DNA of 62,253 bases, counting the filler, from Vannella sp. (lineage: Eukaryota): the NCBI GenBank assembly GCA_023345925.1. It is 8 parts of 8 records of this genome, joined end to end, with 100 filler letters (N's around TTAATTAATTAA, not from the genome) between each part and the next. Parts side by side here need not be neighbours in the genome. Positions count along the whole stretch, not along the records: positions 1 to 16,481 come from JAJQQN010000317.1; positions 16,582 to 20,909 come from JAJQQN010000674.1; positions 21,010 to 25,089 come from JAJQQN010000239.1; 5 more parts are not named here. The stretch is one strand, 5' to 3'. The stretch's first letter is position 1. Each line of letters opens with the position of its first letter. The notes under the pieces were generated by a model, which was not told the origin of the DNA, did not search any database, and was given only the letters and a program-made list of their open reading frames with translations. A program made the translations under genes and the position numbers. Positions 11,341-22,869 of the stretch are shown here, piece after piece.

Positions 11341-11895
11341 ATGCAGAGGACCTTGGCCCTGGTGAAACCTGATGTGTTCTTAAGAGTGGAGGTGAGAGGG
11401 AAGGATTGGTTGATAGAGACTGATAGGAATAGGCTGTGCAACAGATACGGGAGGTGATCGCCCAACGAGGGTTCCGGGTGGTGAAGGAGCGCGAGGTCCA
11501 GTTGACCCTGCCGCAGGCTGAGCGATTCTATGGAGAGCATAGAGGTCGCTTCTTCTACCCAAGACTTGTTCACTTCATCACCAGGTGAGGACTCTTCGGA
11601 CTTCCCAGCTTTGGGCCTCAACTCTCACAGCGGTCCAATTTGCGCCCTGATCCTCGAGCGTGAGAACGCGATTGAGGAGTGGAGGCGACTCATTGGTCCC
11701 TCCCACATCCATAATCAACCCAAAGACCTCTTCACAATCCGCAAAGCTTTCGCCTTCTCTGACACCTTCAACGCTGTCCATGGATCAGGTACGCAAGCAC
11801 CCCATCCTCCTGACATCTTCCTCCTCCTAACCAACCCCCCAGACTCCCCAGAAGCAGCCCAAAGAGAGATGGAGTTCCTCTTTGGCAAAGAATAG
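11341..11895 (+). CDS. NME6: Nucleoside diphosphate kinase, NME6-like (spliced)
   Basis: MQRTLALVKPD, FYGEHRGRFFYPRLVHFITSGP, WRRLIGP and NAVHGSD motifs. Confidence 0.8.
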
Positions 11896-11991
11896 CAATT
11901 CAGCCATCTAATAATGTAATTTGAATGATTTATTGATCCGCCTCTTCTGTTGGTGATTTGGTCATTTCTCGGGAGGTTCCAGGGCGACACC

Positions 11992-12838
11992 ATGGAGCGC
12001 AACAATCGGACTGTCTTTGGTGAGGAGGGCGCTGCAGGGGGAGAGAAAGGCCTAATAGGAATGTAGTGGGGAACATTCCGCCAGATGCATCGCAAGAGAT
12101 GATGGCCAACCTGTTCTCGGGTGTGGGGCCGGTGTTTCAGTTCGGGTAAGGGCTTCTCTGGTTCGTGGTCCAAACCCTACTGACGGCCAGCTTTGTCAGC
12201 ATATCTTATGATATGAACACGAGGCAGTCTAAACGATGGGGGTTCTGTGAGTTCCGCGACCCTGATTCAGCGCACCACGCCATCAGAAACTTGGCGGACT
12301 ACGATGTTCGCGGTTGGCGCCTGCAAGTAGAGTATTCAGATAGGGTTTCGTTCGATCCAAGCCAAATCTCCTCCTCCTACCGTGTACCAAGCGCAAGCGC
12401 TGGATCAACAGATCACTATGGTCCTGAAAGTAACGCAGAGAACCACAGAATGCTGTTTCAGGTTGTCTCAGCGATTCGAGAACTTGCCAACAAGAACAAA
12501 ACCGATGCGCGGAACATCCTTGTTGCGAACCCTACTCTCACACAATCTCTTGTCAAAGCTATTCAAATTCTTGAACTTGGCACGGCTGACACCAGCAATG
12601 CCAATGCCCCCAGTGCAGCGAGACTAGCTCCTCCAAGTTATCCTGCACCAGTAGCTTCGAATCCGCAGCCTCAACTCCACGATATCATCAGACAGGTGGG
12701 TAGAACCTTCGACTCTTATATTTGGCTCTCACATTCGCATTCTAGCTCGAGATGACTCCCACTCCACAACTCGAGATGTTATGGAACCAGACCAGGAATC
12801 CACTAGTCCTTGATGTCCTCAATCAACGTAGGCGATAG
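11992..12838 (+). CDS. Second, shorter CstF-64/Rna15 paralog (spliced)
   Basis: RTVF|VGNIP...KRWGFCEFRDPDSAHHAIRNL; hinge ARNILVANPTL; first two intron positions are the same as in the 7597 gene. Confidence 0.82.
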
Positions 12839-13010
12839 ATTCTACAGGTAGGTCCCACCATTAACAAATTGACTCCATTTGCTAATGGATCATCCCAAGG
12901 CAGCGCTTCCAATCCATCCAGCACGCCGCTTGGAAGTATGTTCTTGAATTCAAATAAACAGGATGAAAGTACCTTGGAGCAGAGTGAGGGAGGGCTCGAT
13001 GAGAATTGAT

Positions 13011-14044
13011 TTATCTATCTTGACGGAAGACACTAACAGTCTTTTCGTATCCAAAGAACGCAACAGAATTGGCAGGTACTGCTCGAAGGAGGCAGGGAGT
13101 AATTCCACGGTAAAAGCTCCGAATGCCCCCTCCTTGGTAGATCCTCTGGATAGTCTCAGAGAGTGACTTGCCTTTTCCTTGAGCTTGCATGTTCGTTTTG
13201 ACTGCCCACTTGGTTAGATGGGACCCAGTTCGTTAAACGACTTACTTAGATCGACTGGGAAGTTAGCACTCCAGAAAGCGATCCCTCCAAAGCCACCAGC
13301 CACTAACATGGTCAAAGAAGAAGCTTCTCTCTCCTGCCTCGTCTCCATCAGAGACCGCTTGCTATACTCAAAGCCCCCAAAGTAGAACGGTAACCCGATG
13401 AATCGGGTGCCAAGGGTGGGAACAAAGCCAGTGTACAAGCCGCGCACCCCTTCCTGTGCCAAAATGTGTCGGAGGCAGCCCATTGGTCCAGAGAACTGGC
13501 GTGGAATTCCGGATGCGTTCTGCAGCTGGAGCCGGACCTTGACCATCTCTACAGGGGCTAGGATGCTGCAGTAGACTGGCGTGGTCAACCACGAGGCCAG
13601 AATGATTCTGCCAAAGGAGAGAGGCTGGGTACTGCCACTCACAGGGTCTGTAACAGTCAACAGCCTCTTGAAGAAGGTGTTTGTGGTGAAGATAACAGCG
13701 TTGAGAATGCCTGCCATCGCGAGTGGCGGGCTGACGCCGCGATAGAAGCCCAAAAGGCCTTCATTCCGCGCGATACTTGTCATTGCTGGCCACAATCCCT
13801 CATGAACTGTAGAGAACTGCATCCTAGACTTGACAAGATCCAATGGGTGCCCTGCAACATGCAGATTGGTGCCAAACCCTTCTCATACGATCGACCAAAC
13901 GCACCAACCATCGCTTGGAGCATTCCTCCACAAGTTCCCCCTAATAAGTCTATCCCCGTGTTCCTCCCTGTCCCGTAGATAGGTTCAATGAAGGGAAAGT
14001 GTGAGGGTGATCGACCCACACGATAGCGATGGGGAAGCTGTCAT
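13011..14044 (-). CDS. Mitochondrial carrier (SLC25; carnitine/ornithine carrier-like), spliced
   Basis: Three Px(D/E)xxK motifs (HPLDLVK, APVEMVK, FPVDL.K) and GxxGFYRG motifs. Confidence 0.88.
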
Positions 14045-14124
14045 CGCGGGCAGCTGGAGAGAGAATGCAGCGTTTGGGACGCTCTTTGAGAGGTGTAAAA
14101 GAGTTCATTCACGAAGGATGCTTC

Positions 14125-15140
14125 TTAGTCTCTCTTGTGTGGCTTAGCAAAGCTGTCAGGGGTCTGGATCTGGCAGGCGCAGACCACACCGACAACAGCG
14201 ATGATGACAAGAAGGAGAGCGACGAGCAGGGCCTCAATCATGTAGGAAGGGAAGCGAGTGGGGTAGGGAGGGAGCTGTCCGTAGAAGGGGAGGCCTGACT
14301 GCTTCATGGAGTGGAAGCCTTTTTTGGAGGCAGGGAAGCTGATGGGCTCAGGGGTCTGGTCAGAGACGTCCATGACCACAGTCACAACAGTTCGGCTAGT
14401 AGAGGCCTTCTCAAATGACGCAATGGCATCGTTAGCCAGCTTTCCTTCGGGAACCACCACGATGAGAGCGTTTGACAGACCACCTTTGATCAGGTCCTAG
14501 ATCGAGCCTGTTAAACCCCTGTCTAAATACGATATCTCTCGGACGTACCAGAGCCTCCTCCATGGAAACAGAGGTTGCAGTAACATCTTCGAGCTGGCCT
14601 GTTTAACGTTAGCCAATTACAGGAGTAACAGCGTGGAGCAGCCGCTTACCAACAAGGTAGACATCCTTCTGTTGCATGGCCTCAGCGATCATTACAGAGG
14701 TTTCTTGAGTGAAGTATCCGTAAGGCATAGCGAGGGTTCCCTCAGCAGCGCTCATCGCTTCCTGTACCGTCTGGTGAGACAAGGTGTCGTCCAGAGGTGA
14801 AAGACATGAGATCGAATTACCTTGACGGAGGAGAGTTGGCTGGGCTTGGTGTTGGTCAAGAAAAGGACGGCGACATCGGGCTGTGAAGCAAAGTACTTTG
14901 AGAATTTGGAGTGCTTTCCTCCCAAAGTAGCCGCTTCCAGGAAGGAAGAAACATCAGAGGAGTAAACTGTATCCAAAAACTGGTTGTCTCCCTTCAACTG
15001 GCTATCATGCAAGCCCGCCCAAAGTCAGCCTTCTCCTCCACTTCCTGCCAACCCACAGACCTGTTCGACCAGGCAAAGATTTGGTTTTGTGTGGCGTAGA
15101 CACACGCCGTCATCAGGCAAAGTACAAGGACGGCCTTCAT
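14125..15140 (-). CDS. Type I membrane protein, V-ATPase accessory subunit Ac45/Voa1-like (spliced)
   Basis: Signal peptide MKAVLVLCLMTACVYA..IFAWS; single C-terminal TM helix followed by QIQTPDSF, resembling the Ac45/Voa1 tail. Confidence 0.55.
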
Positions 15141-15297
15141 GACTGGCTGCAGAGTGCAGGTGCGAACTGCAGGGAACGAGCTTTGTGGCTGAGAAATTTC
15201 TTTTCTCTGCTAGAAAATTCCGTCTCAAAAGGAAAAGGCGGAAACTCGTCTATGGTCGATTTGGAACAATTTTTTTCTCTCTTAGTGTCATTTAATC

Positions 15298-16017
15298 ATG
15301 AACTTCCCTGGGAGGATGCCGATCGTGCCTTTTGTACTCGCGAGGGCGATGACCAGTCCTGTGACTCGCTATCAATTGCAATTGCGGGTGACGAATGGGA
15401 TGACTAGTGTGACGTTGCCAGAGATGGTTGCCGCGAAGCAGCGCGCTCAGGGACTCTTGCTCGAGTTGGTGGAGTTCTTGCCGCCTCTTGCTCTTCGATA
15501 TCTGCTTCAAGGGCGACTTCCCGTTGGTCTGAAGCAACTCCATCAAATAGCAGAGCCACTTTGTTTATCTCTTCTCGCCCAACTGATCAACCATCCTCTC
15601 AAGTCCATGCAACAGCTTCAATCGACTCTCAATCGCGATGTCAATCTCTTCGAGGTCTGGGCGTACTTGAACAAGTCCCCTCCCTTCCTCTTTCAAGGAC
15701 TAAGTACCGGTATTCTGCATGAGATAGCTCTCCGGCTGCTCTGCTTCTACACAGCTTCGAAGATCCGCTTCCTTCCACAATCGATCGCCAATTTTGTGGT
15801 CTACATCGCTCTCTCCCTCGCTCTCTACCCTTTACAAGTGATACGAGCCCATCAAATGGACACAGCCATCTTTGGGACCTCTCAAAGTGTCTGCCAATCC
15901 ACTAATGCCATCTTCTCTACAGCTGGACTTCCCGGTTTCTGGGCAGGCGCTTGCGTTACCGCTGCAAACGATTCCTTCTGCTTCCTCTGCGTGGGCATCT
16001 GGAGATCTATCTTCTAA
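15298..16017 (+). CDS. Divergent mitochondrial carrier-like protein (possibly MTCH-like)
   Basis: 239-aa ORF with degenerate carrier motifs SPVTRYQ, HPLKSMQ, YPLQVIR and GLPGFWAG. Confidence 0.55.
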   Translation: MNFPGRMPIVPFVLARAMTSPVTRYQLQLRVTNGMTSVTLPEMVAAKQRAQGLLLELVEFLPPLALRYLLQGRLPVGLKQLHQIAEPLCLSLLAQLINHPLKSMQQLQSTLNRDVNLFEVWAYLNKSPPFLFQGLSTGILHEIALRLLCFYTASKIRFLPQSIANFVVYIALSLALYPLQVIRAHQMDTAIFGTSQSVCQSTNAIFSTAGLPGFWAGACVTAANDSFCFLCVGIWRSIF

Positions 16018-16333
16018 TTGCATCCGCGCGCCAAATAGACTGACTGACTGACTCACTGACTTTGACACGGAGATCCTTCCTCCAGCCGACAGCAACGGAC
16101 TGAACTCCTTCAAGCGCATCTTCTTCCCCAATGGGCGCTACCAAGCCCTCGTACGTCACCAAGGGGCCGTCTACTACCATATCAACGTCCTGGATGAATA
16201 AAGATCGTTTATTCAGTGTCGAGTCAAAGGTTCTTTCTCCCTCCCGCCTCCGTAGTCTGAGTCTTGATAATGAAAAACTCTGTGCCCTAGTTTATTTGTG
16301 CTCTATTCTGTCCCATTGCTTCTCCCGTGAAGC

Positions 16334-16392
16334 GAGAAAGTTCACGTCCCCTTGCCATGGTTGAAAAGTATCTCTAAATTCGATCGGGACCT
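16334..16392 (+). repeat. Dispersed repeat, copy 1 (near contig end)
   Basis: 16343-16392 matches 35419-35468 at 48/50 nt. Confidence 0.85.
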
Positions 16393-16481
16393 TCACCAAT
16401 GAACTTTTTATGTGTTTTGATCGAGGCACTTTTTGGGCTCATTTGATCATCCCTCCAAACGATGGAAAAGCTGCCCTCTTA

Positions 16482-16581
16482 NNNNNNNNNNNNNNNNNNN
16501 NNNNNNNNNNNNNNNNNNNNNNNNNTTAATTAATTAANNNNNNNNNNNNNNNNNNNNNNNNNNNNNNNNNNNNNNNNNNNN
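16482..16581. other. Artificial contig linker N44-TTAATTAATTAA-N44 (also at 20910-21009, 25090-25189, 29606-29705, 35469-35568, 42592-42691, 54314-54413)
   Basis: Identical 100-nt N-padded spacer whose core has stops in all six frames. Confidence 0.98.
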
Positions 16582-18719
16582 TGCGAGCCCCACATTTCCA
16601 TTATTGTCTTAAGCTCCATTCTCATTCTGTGAAAGTAGTTCAGAATCAATCCACTCACAGGAACTACGTGGGACATAGAAGGAACTGCTTCTCCTTGGTT
16701 GAATTTGAGTTCCAATTCTCTCATCTGAGTGATGTATTCGATATCTAGAAGAATGGATCCGAGTAAGGCCATTTTTTCCTCCGTCAATATCCCTTCCATC
16801 TTTGCGTTTTCCAGGGCATCTCGATATCTCCTTTGGCAAAAAGACTCCAACTCCTGCGAGGGCAAGGCGAGTTGAGAAAGCAAAAAAATCTTCAGTTTTG
16901 TCTCAAACTTCTCCAACCGCTCATAAATCAGCTTTTGCAAAGGATTAATCGTCCCTTCAATAAACTTTCTCGACTCCTCCTCACTGGGAGGTACCAAAAA
17001 GCGTTGAATAATCTCTAAATTACGTTCAACAGCGCCAAAATCATTTGGGGGTCTTGTTGTGTAATCCTCACCCACAGTTGTAAAGTCGTAGCCTTCTGCT
17101 CGAAGGAGATTCATAACAGTCTCGCGAATGGTATCCAGCCACCATGAAGAAGTTTGGTCTTTTAACCGCCCGGTGCGAATCATTTTCGATTCGTGTTCGA
17201 TGTGAGCCAAAGCTTCTCTCGTCAAATTCGTGTAAAGCTCTATCCGGTGCTGGCAGAGAGCAATATAAGTTGAAGGAGTCACTGTTTGACGAATATCACC
17301 TCGGTCAGGTTGGTATACTGAAGAGAGGGAGAGACTGGGAAGATGAAGATTAATGGTGGAGTGTACCTGGTCCTCAAGCTTTGCCATTAATTCAGCAGAG
17401 TTACGTTTCGTCACGTTTTGAAGGATTTCTAAAGCTGTTTCAAGAGATTGGCGGTCGAAGAGAGAGGCGCTGTTACTCTCCACACGTTTCAAGAGAGCTT
17501 GTTCTAGTCCCATCTCTCCGAAAACCTCTGCCATGAAGTTCTTCGTGGTCTCTTTCAGCAAGCTATTCACTCGCGAGATTCCGTCGCGAACAAGGCGACG
17601 GGCACTCGATGGGCACCCTGACAGACTTAACATCTCTGCAGTGAAAGGAAAAACGTCCTTGGGAGCGACCATCACACAACTGCTCTCTTCCGGTGAAGTC
17701 CACAGCAGGATGCGGTCTCCTGATCGTCTTGCAAAGCGAGCAATCACCACTTTGTCGGAAGGAGGATCCCCTTTCTGACTTGTTACTAAGGTTGGTAAAG
17801 GTTGGTAGCGGTGACCTTGGTGGGTCATCTCCAGTTTTAAGAGACTGAATGAGACTGTGGGTACATCGTTTGTGCCAATCCGAGCCATCACCAGATCACC
17901 ACGAGTGAGATGGACGAGATGGTGGTCGCGAAGTCCCAAAACAAAGGAACGGACTTGGTGTGCGACTTCTCTGTCAGTTTCAAGGGATGCCCACTGTGAA
18001 ATATGAGCTATTAGATCTTCGTTGGTGTAGTTGGACGCGGTGGGAGCAAGCAAGAGACTGTCCCCCTCACACCGGTCGTTGAACTGATCAAATAAGCGAA
18101 GGTAGAGGGGAGAAGGGGGAAGTCCTATCAAGGAGTTATCAATGTCTTGCATGTGCGAGTTCAAGTGGTTGAGGAACGCATTGGCAGGGCCAAGGAGAGC
18201 AGGGTCAGAGCACTTTTTCGTGAAGGAAGCGGCCAAGCGCTTCAGTGCGATGATTTGTGAGGTTTCTAGAAGCTTACCAGTCCTTAGGAGGCGAGTGTAG
18301 AAGACTTCTGCCCAGTTACAGTGGAAGCGCTCAGGAAGGAGGAGGAAGGAAGCCATCAAGTCTGCGAGGTCTTTGAATCGCCGTAGGACGAGAGAGCCCT
18401 TCCGAAAGACGTGCACACTCAACGATTGCGTACCCAGATAGCCTCTCTCCACGGCAAACTGGAAGAGCAAACGAAAGTACTGGGAAGGCACAGCTTCTTC
18501 CGTCCGCCCTGGCCACGCGCCCGGCTCCGGTATCTCCAAGAAGCGCCGAGCCAAGGAGCTGTACACATCCCAATGCGGGGAGTCTTTGCTGTGCTGATCA
18601 ACAATGGTCTTCCGCGAGAGTGAAGGCCCCCGAAATGAGTCGCCTTCCCGGTTGGCCATCAAAGCCGCCGAACATGAAATAGAACGAAACGGAAAGAAAT
18701 CACTTTCGAATGAGTCCAT
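16582..18719 (-). CDS. Uncharacterised protein (>710 aa, 3'-truncated by contig end), possible PWWP/Tudor-like segment
   Basis: Long uninterrupted ORF; GDLVMAR...VAPKDVFPF. Confidence 0.6.
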
Positions 18720-18858
18720 ACTTGCCCATGTGAAGACGGTCGGGCAAATTTGTCACTTTTTTGCCTGCCTTTGGTACTGTCACTGTTCGGTGCGTCAGCT
18801 CCCTCTCGCTTGTACTTCGTGGCAACTCATTTGTTGGGGTTGAAGTGTTTCTGTTTGG

Positions 18859-20671
18859 ATGGAGGGAGGCTTGTACAACCTCGAAAGTCCGACTTGTCAG
18901 CAGAACCGCCCCAATTCGGTAAGAAGTTTCCTGCGTCCCCTTCCCTTCTTTTGTTCACGTGAGAGGCTCTACAGAGCTTCACGCCGCAAATACAAACGGA
19001 TACATCTCAACCAAGAGCCTCAATGCGTGGTCCTCCTCCAGGCTACTACGGAACTCCCCAACCACACGGCTTCCACAGCGGAACGCCTCCACCACAGACC
19101 TTTGGCTACACACAACCTAACTACGGAACCAGCTACCAACAGGAACAGTACCCTCCATCAATGTACTCAGCAAACCTACCCTATGGGCAGAGTCAAGCTG
19201 CGCCCATGTCACGGGGATTCAATGGGTACTCTTCCCGTCCTCAGTACCCAATGGAAAGGAACCCTGTACCACAGTACCCCCCATATGGAGGTGGAATGCA
19301 ACCCTATCCTCCCATGAGCAATAGTTCGCATGATTCCCGACAAGGGTACACCTCCTACCCCACGCATCCTGCGGCACCTTCTGGGTTTGAGTATAATCAA
19401 ACTGCCCAGTTGGAATCGTCAGAAATGTACAGTGCCCCCTCTATGGCTTCCTCTCAGCTTCACTCCAACCTACCTCCTCGGCTGCCCACAAGCTCCTTGA
19501 TCGGAGCTCAGCAGGGCTCGACCCAATCCCACAACGACACAAACGAACTTCCATCTAACAGCCAGTTACTGAGGCCTTCAACAGGCCCTTCCTCTTCCAA
19601 GCTTTCTCCAACTCCACCAGGCCCTCTGAGTGTCAACGGCTCTTACCATTTCCCAACAGGTCCAAGATATGACGCTTCTGAGAGTGCATCTATCCCAGTG
19701 AAGAAGGAAGAGAACATCGAGGAGTTCAAGGTGAAGGTGAGCTCGATTGGCAGTCCGGTCTTCGCGGGCGTCTCACCAGGAGGGCTCTGTTAAGGCCCAA
19801 ATGATGAAAAGCAACTACTTGAACAAGCTAGAAGGAATGGTGAAGAACATTGAGGACATCAAGCCCACCGCCAAGACGGAGGAAACTCGTCACAAGTATG
19901 AGGAGATTCAGAAGAAGCTGACTTTGTTGGTTCGTACAAGCCTTCTAAATGGATCCTTGATTGACATTGGCGCAGCGGACGTTGATAACGGCGGACTTCA
20001 AGCCAAACTCGAACTTCCCTCCGCGCAAAGAGATCCTCGACGCAGCCGAGAAGCAGATCATTATGTGGATCATTCAATGGGATAAGCTGGAGAAGACTGG
20101 TTCACCAACCTCTTCAGCTGGTATCCAGATTGACCCCGCCAGTTTAGATGAGCTGATGAACCAGAAGCCCATGTCGATCATGATGATGTCCTCCGCGTCA
20201 AAGGAGGGCAGTGGACACTTCCCTGATCTTCAGCCACATGATTCGGGCTTTGATGCTGATTTCAACCTTCTGTTTGGGGACGACTTTGCCAAGTTTGACT
20301 ACGACGCTTCCCTTACTTCAGATAGCTCACATGGGTATCCATCTCATGGAGGCAACCCATTGCATCACAGAGTACCTTCACAACCTCATTCTGACTTCCC
20401 TCCAGCACACTCCCGAATGCCTCCTCACATGGACAACCAAATAGCCATGCACTACGGGTCCTCTTCCTATCCTATCACACAAGGCCGCACAGACTATCAA
20501 GGCTACGCCATGCCCCCTTCCAACCCCAACCCCAACCCGAGTGGTGGATGGCGACCACAGGAGCCAAACGAATTCTTCGAACATGGAGGGCTGGGGCAGA
20601 AGCGCACCCGAGGACCGTCTGACTTTTCCTTTGATCAACCACTCAAACAACCCAAAAAGGAGGGCCTCTGA
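18859..20671 (+). CDS. P/Y/G/Q-rich low-complexity protein with a MED15-like middle helical domain (spliced)
   Basis: Three ORF blocks joined by GT-AG introns; EEFKVK|AQMMKSNYL...KEILDAAEKQII resembles the plant MED15 middle domain (from recall). Confidence 0.5.
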
Positions 20672-21009
20672 TCCAGTTGTCTTGAGGTGAGGGATCATCC
20701 TCAGGTACATCCTTTGAGCCCACTCAAAACCCATTCTGTAAACATAGCGATACCTTGTGCTCACAACAGGTTCAGTCGAGTTTATATGTGCCTAGGGTTT
20801 AGGGTTTGCATGATCATTGGGAAGCGAGCTTTTCGGTTAGTTCGGGAACCACCGTGAAAAGGTCTCCAACCAAGCCGTAGTCTGCAATCTGGAAGAAGGG
20901 CGCTTCAGGNNNNNNNNNNNNNNNNNNNNNNNNNNNNNNNNNNNNNNNNNNNNTTAATTAATTAANNNNNNNNNNNNNNNNNNNNNNNNNNNNNNNNNNN
21001 NNNNNNNNN

Positions 21010-21282
21010 TACTCCGAAAAAGCAGACATCTACTCCTTTGGTATTGTCCTTTACGAGATGTTTAGTGGTCATCGAGCCTATTCTCTTGAGCCTTACAAGT
21101 CCATGAACGTTGCAGTACTCAATTCGAGCATCATTTCAGGAGCTCGCCCATCTTTGGATGATTTGCCTCTTCCATTGCAACAAATTGTGTGTGACTGTTG
21201 GAACCCATCTCCCGAAAGACGTCCCGAATGGACTGAAGTCGTCTCTCGTCTGCAAGCTGTCGAAGATCCTTCCCAAGAATAG
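21010..21282 (+). CDS. Protein kinase C-terminal fragment (TKL-like), 5'-truncated
   Basis: YSEKADIYSFGIVLYEM...CW.PSPERRP (subdomains IX-XI). Confidence 0.85.
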   Translation, partial: YSEKADIYSFGIVLYEMFSGHRAYSLEPYKSMNVAVLNSSIISGARPSLDDLPLPLQQIVCDCWNPSPERRPEWTEVVSRLQAVEDPSQE

Positions 21283-21532
21283 CGCCTCATCTATGTTTCT
21301 AATAACAGGATTCAAACATTGACGAAGATTTTCCAACTATTTTGACGGACCCAACGACAAGGAGGAAGTCGAGAAAATCCACGAGCGAAGGGGAAGAGGG
21401 TTCCAAAGCTCGTGTTTGCGTTGAGTGTCCTGATGACCTCCATCTCTTCAGGATAAGCTTTTGGGCTGATTTCATTTTTTGAGTTTTGGTTACAAGCAAA
21501 AAATCATTTCTGTGCGGCTTCTTTGGGAGGAC

Positions 21533-22789
21533 ATGGCGGTCTTCCAGAGCGAGAAGTTGACAGAAAAGGAGGTGAAGCAAGCGGTGGTGCTCATGTCAGG
21601 AGCAGCTATGTTCCGCTATTGCTCAGAAGAGAACTTGGGGATGCTGGCTAGGTCAATGACTCGCTGTCGGTTCGCTCGAGGGGATGAGATCGCCATACAA
21701 GCCTCTGACGCCACCCATATGCATCTGTTATCCGAGGGATGTGCTACAAGCTCCCGGAAAGTAGATGGAGTGGAGCACCAACTTGATACCAAAGATGCTG
21801 GGACCATCATCAACTCCCTTCATGTCCTCAACCGAGACCCTGCCTTTGCCACGGTGCGCTGTATGGACCAACAGTGCGTGACTTATGCTCTACCGTCAGA
21901 GGTACTTAACCAGCAGCTTACGGCCAATCCAGCCTTTGCTAGAGAGGTTGTTGTGAGCTTGAGCAAGGAAGTGCGCCAACAAACGAAGACTCTGCGCACC
22001 CCCCTCTTCGAACAGCACCCCAAACCACTCAAACAGCTTCCAATCATCTCTGTGGCAGCAGGTATTGAGAGCTACTATCGGTCAGCCCTCAATTCAATGG
22101 TGAACGCTCGATTGACCGGTCAAAGAGGCTCCCTTTTCCCTCATATGTCAGTTCAAGTGCCCACTCGGGTGCTCTACATCAACGGACTGAAAGGCATTCG
22201 CCAATATCTCAACTCTCGGTTCGATCCGCACCAGTTCGCCATGCCAGTGGTCGCAGGAATCTGTATTTCCTTCATCCCTGGAGTGGTGATGACCCCAGTC
22301 TCTTCTATTCTTGAGGCCACCAACGCAGGGCACTACAACAACGAAAGCCTTCGCACCCGATGGATCCGAGGCATCCCACGAGGAGTGCGCGAGATTATCT
22401 TCGGCATTGGCTTGAACCAGCTTTCAGACTACTTCGAAGAGCGAGCCAATTTGGTTGTCTCTCCTTCAAGTCATTCAGCGTGGGCCAATGCGATAGGATC
22501 CGTGAACGCGGGAGTGGTTGCGGGCTATCTGTCGCATGTGCCTCACAACATGTCCGCTTACAAGCTTATGAACCCGAAGAAGTCCTATTCTGTTCTCTTT
22601 CGAGAGTTCGTAGAGATTTCAGCGCCCAAGTATCTCATTCCTGCTGGTATGTCGCCTTACATTCGCCCGTACTACACCGCCATAGTAGCGTGCGTTTTCC
22701 CTCGTGGGTGCGTTATTCGGACGGCCCAGATTGTTGGTTCTTTCATTCTGCTGAACGGAACCATCAATCTCCTTCAGCGCACTCAATGA
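21533..22789 (+). CDS. cNMP-binding-like domain fused to a mitochondrial carrier-like domain
   Basis: N-terminal FARGDEIAIQ..MHLLSEG...AFATVRC; C-terminal TPVSSILEA, WIRGIPRGVREIIFG, SHVPHNMSAYK, PRGCVIR. Confidence 0.65.
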   Translation: MAVFQSEKLTEKEVKQAVVLMSGAAMFRYCSEENLGMLARSMTRCRFARGDEIAIQASDATHMHLLSEGCATSSRKVDGVEHQLDTKDAGTIINSLHVLNRDPAFATVRCMDQQCVTYALPSEVLNQQLTANPAFAREVVVSLSKEVRQQTKTLRTPLFEQHPKPLKQLPIISVAAGIESYYRSALNSMVNARLTGQRGSLFPHMSVQVPTRVLYINGLKGIRQYLNSRFDPHQFAMPVVAGICISFIPGVVMTPVSSILEATNAGHYNNESLRTRWIRGIPRGVREIIFGIGLNQLSDYFEERANLVVSPSSHSAWANAIGSVNAGVVAGYLSHVPHNMSAYKLMNPKKSYSVLFREFVEISAPKYLIPAGMSPYIRPYYTAIVACVFPRGCVIRTAQIVGSFILLNGTINLLQRTQ

Positions 22790-22869
22790 ACCTCTAAAGA
22801 ATTGATTCCATGTAAAGAAAGGTTGGGAAAGAGCTCACGCAGCGGACCAGCAGAGCTTGGGCAGTCTGC

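Noticed and set aside
16040..16200. Minus-strand GVQSVAVGWR, resembling an RCC1 repeat remnant
   Set aside because: Too short, with no supporting start or further repeats
16482..16581. Recurrent palindromic TTAATTAATTAA flanked by Ns (7 copies)
   Set aside because: Artificial contig-joining linker; not biological, and gene neighbourhoods across it cannot be interpreted
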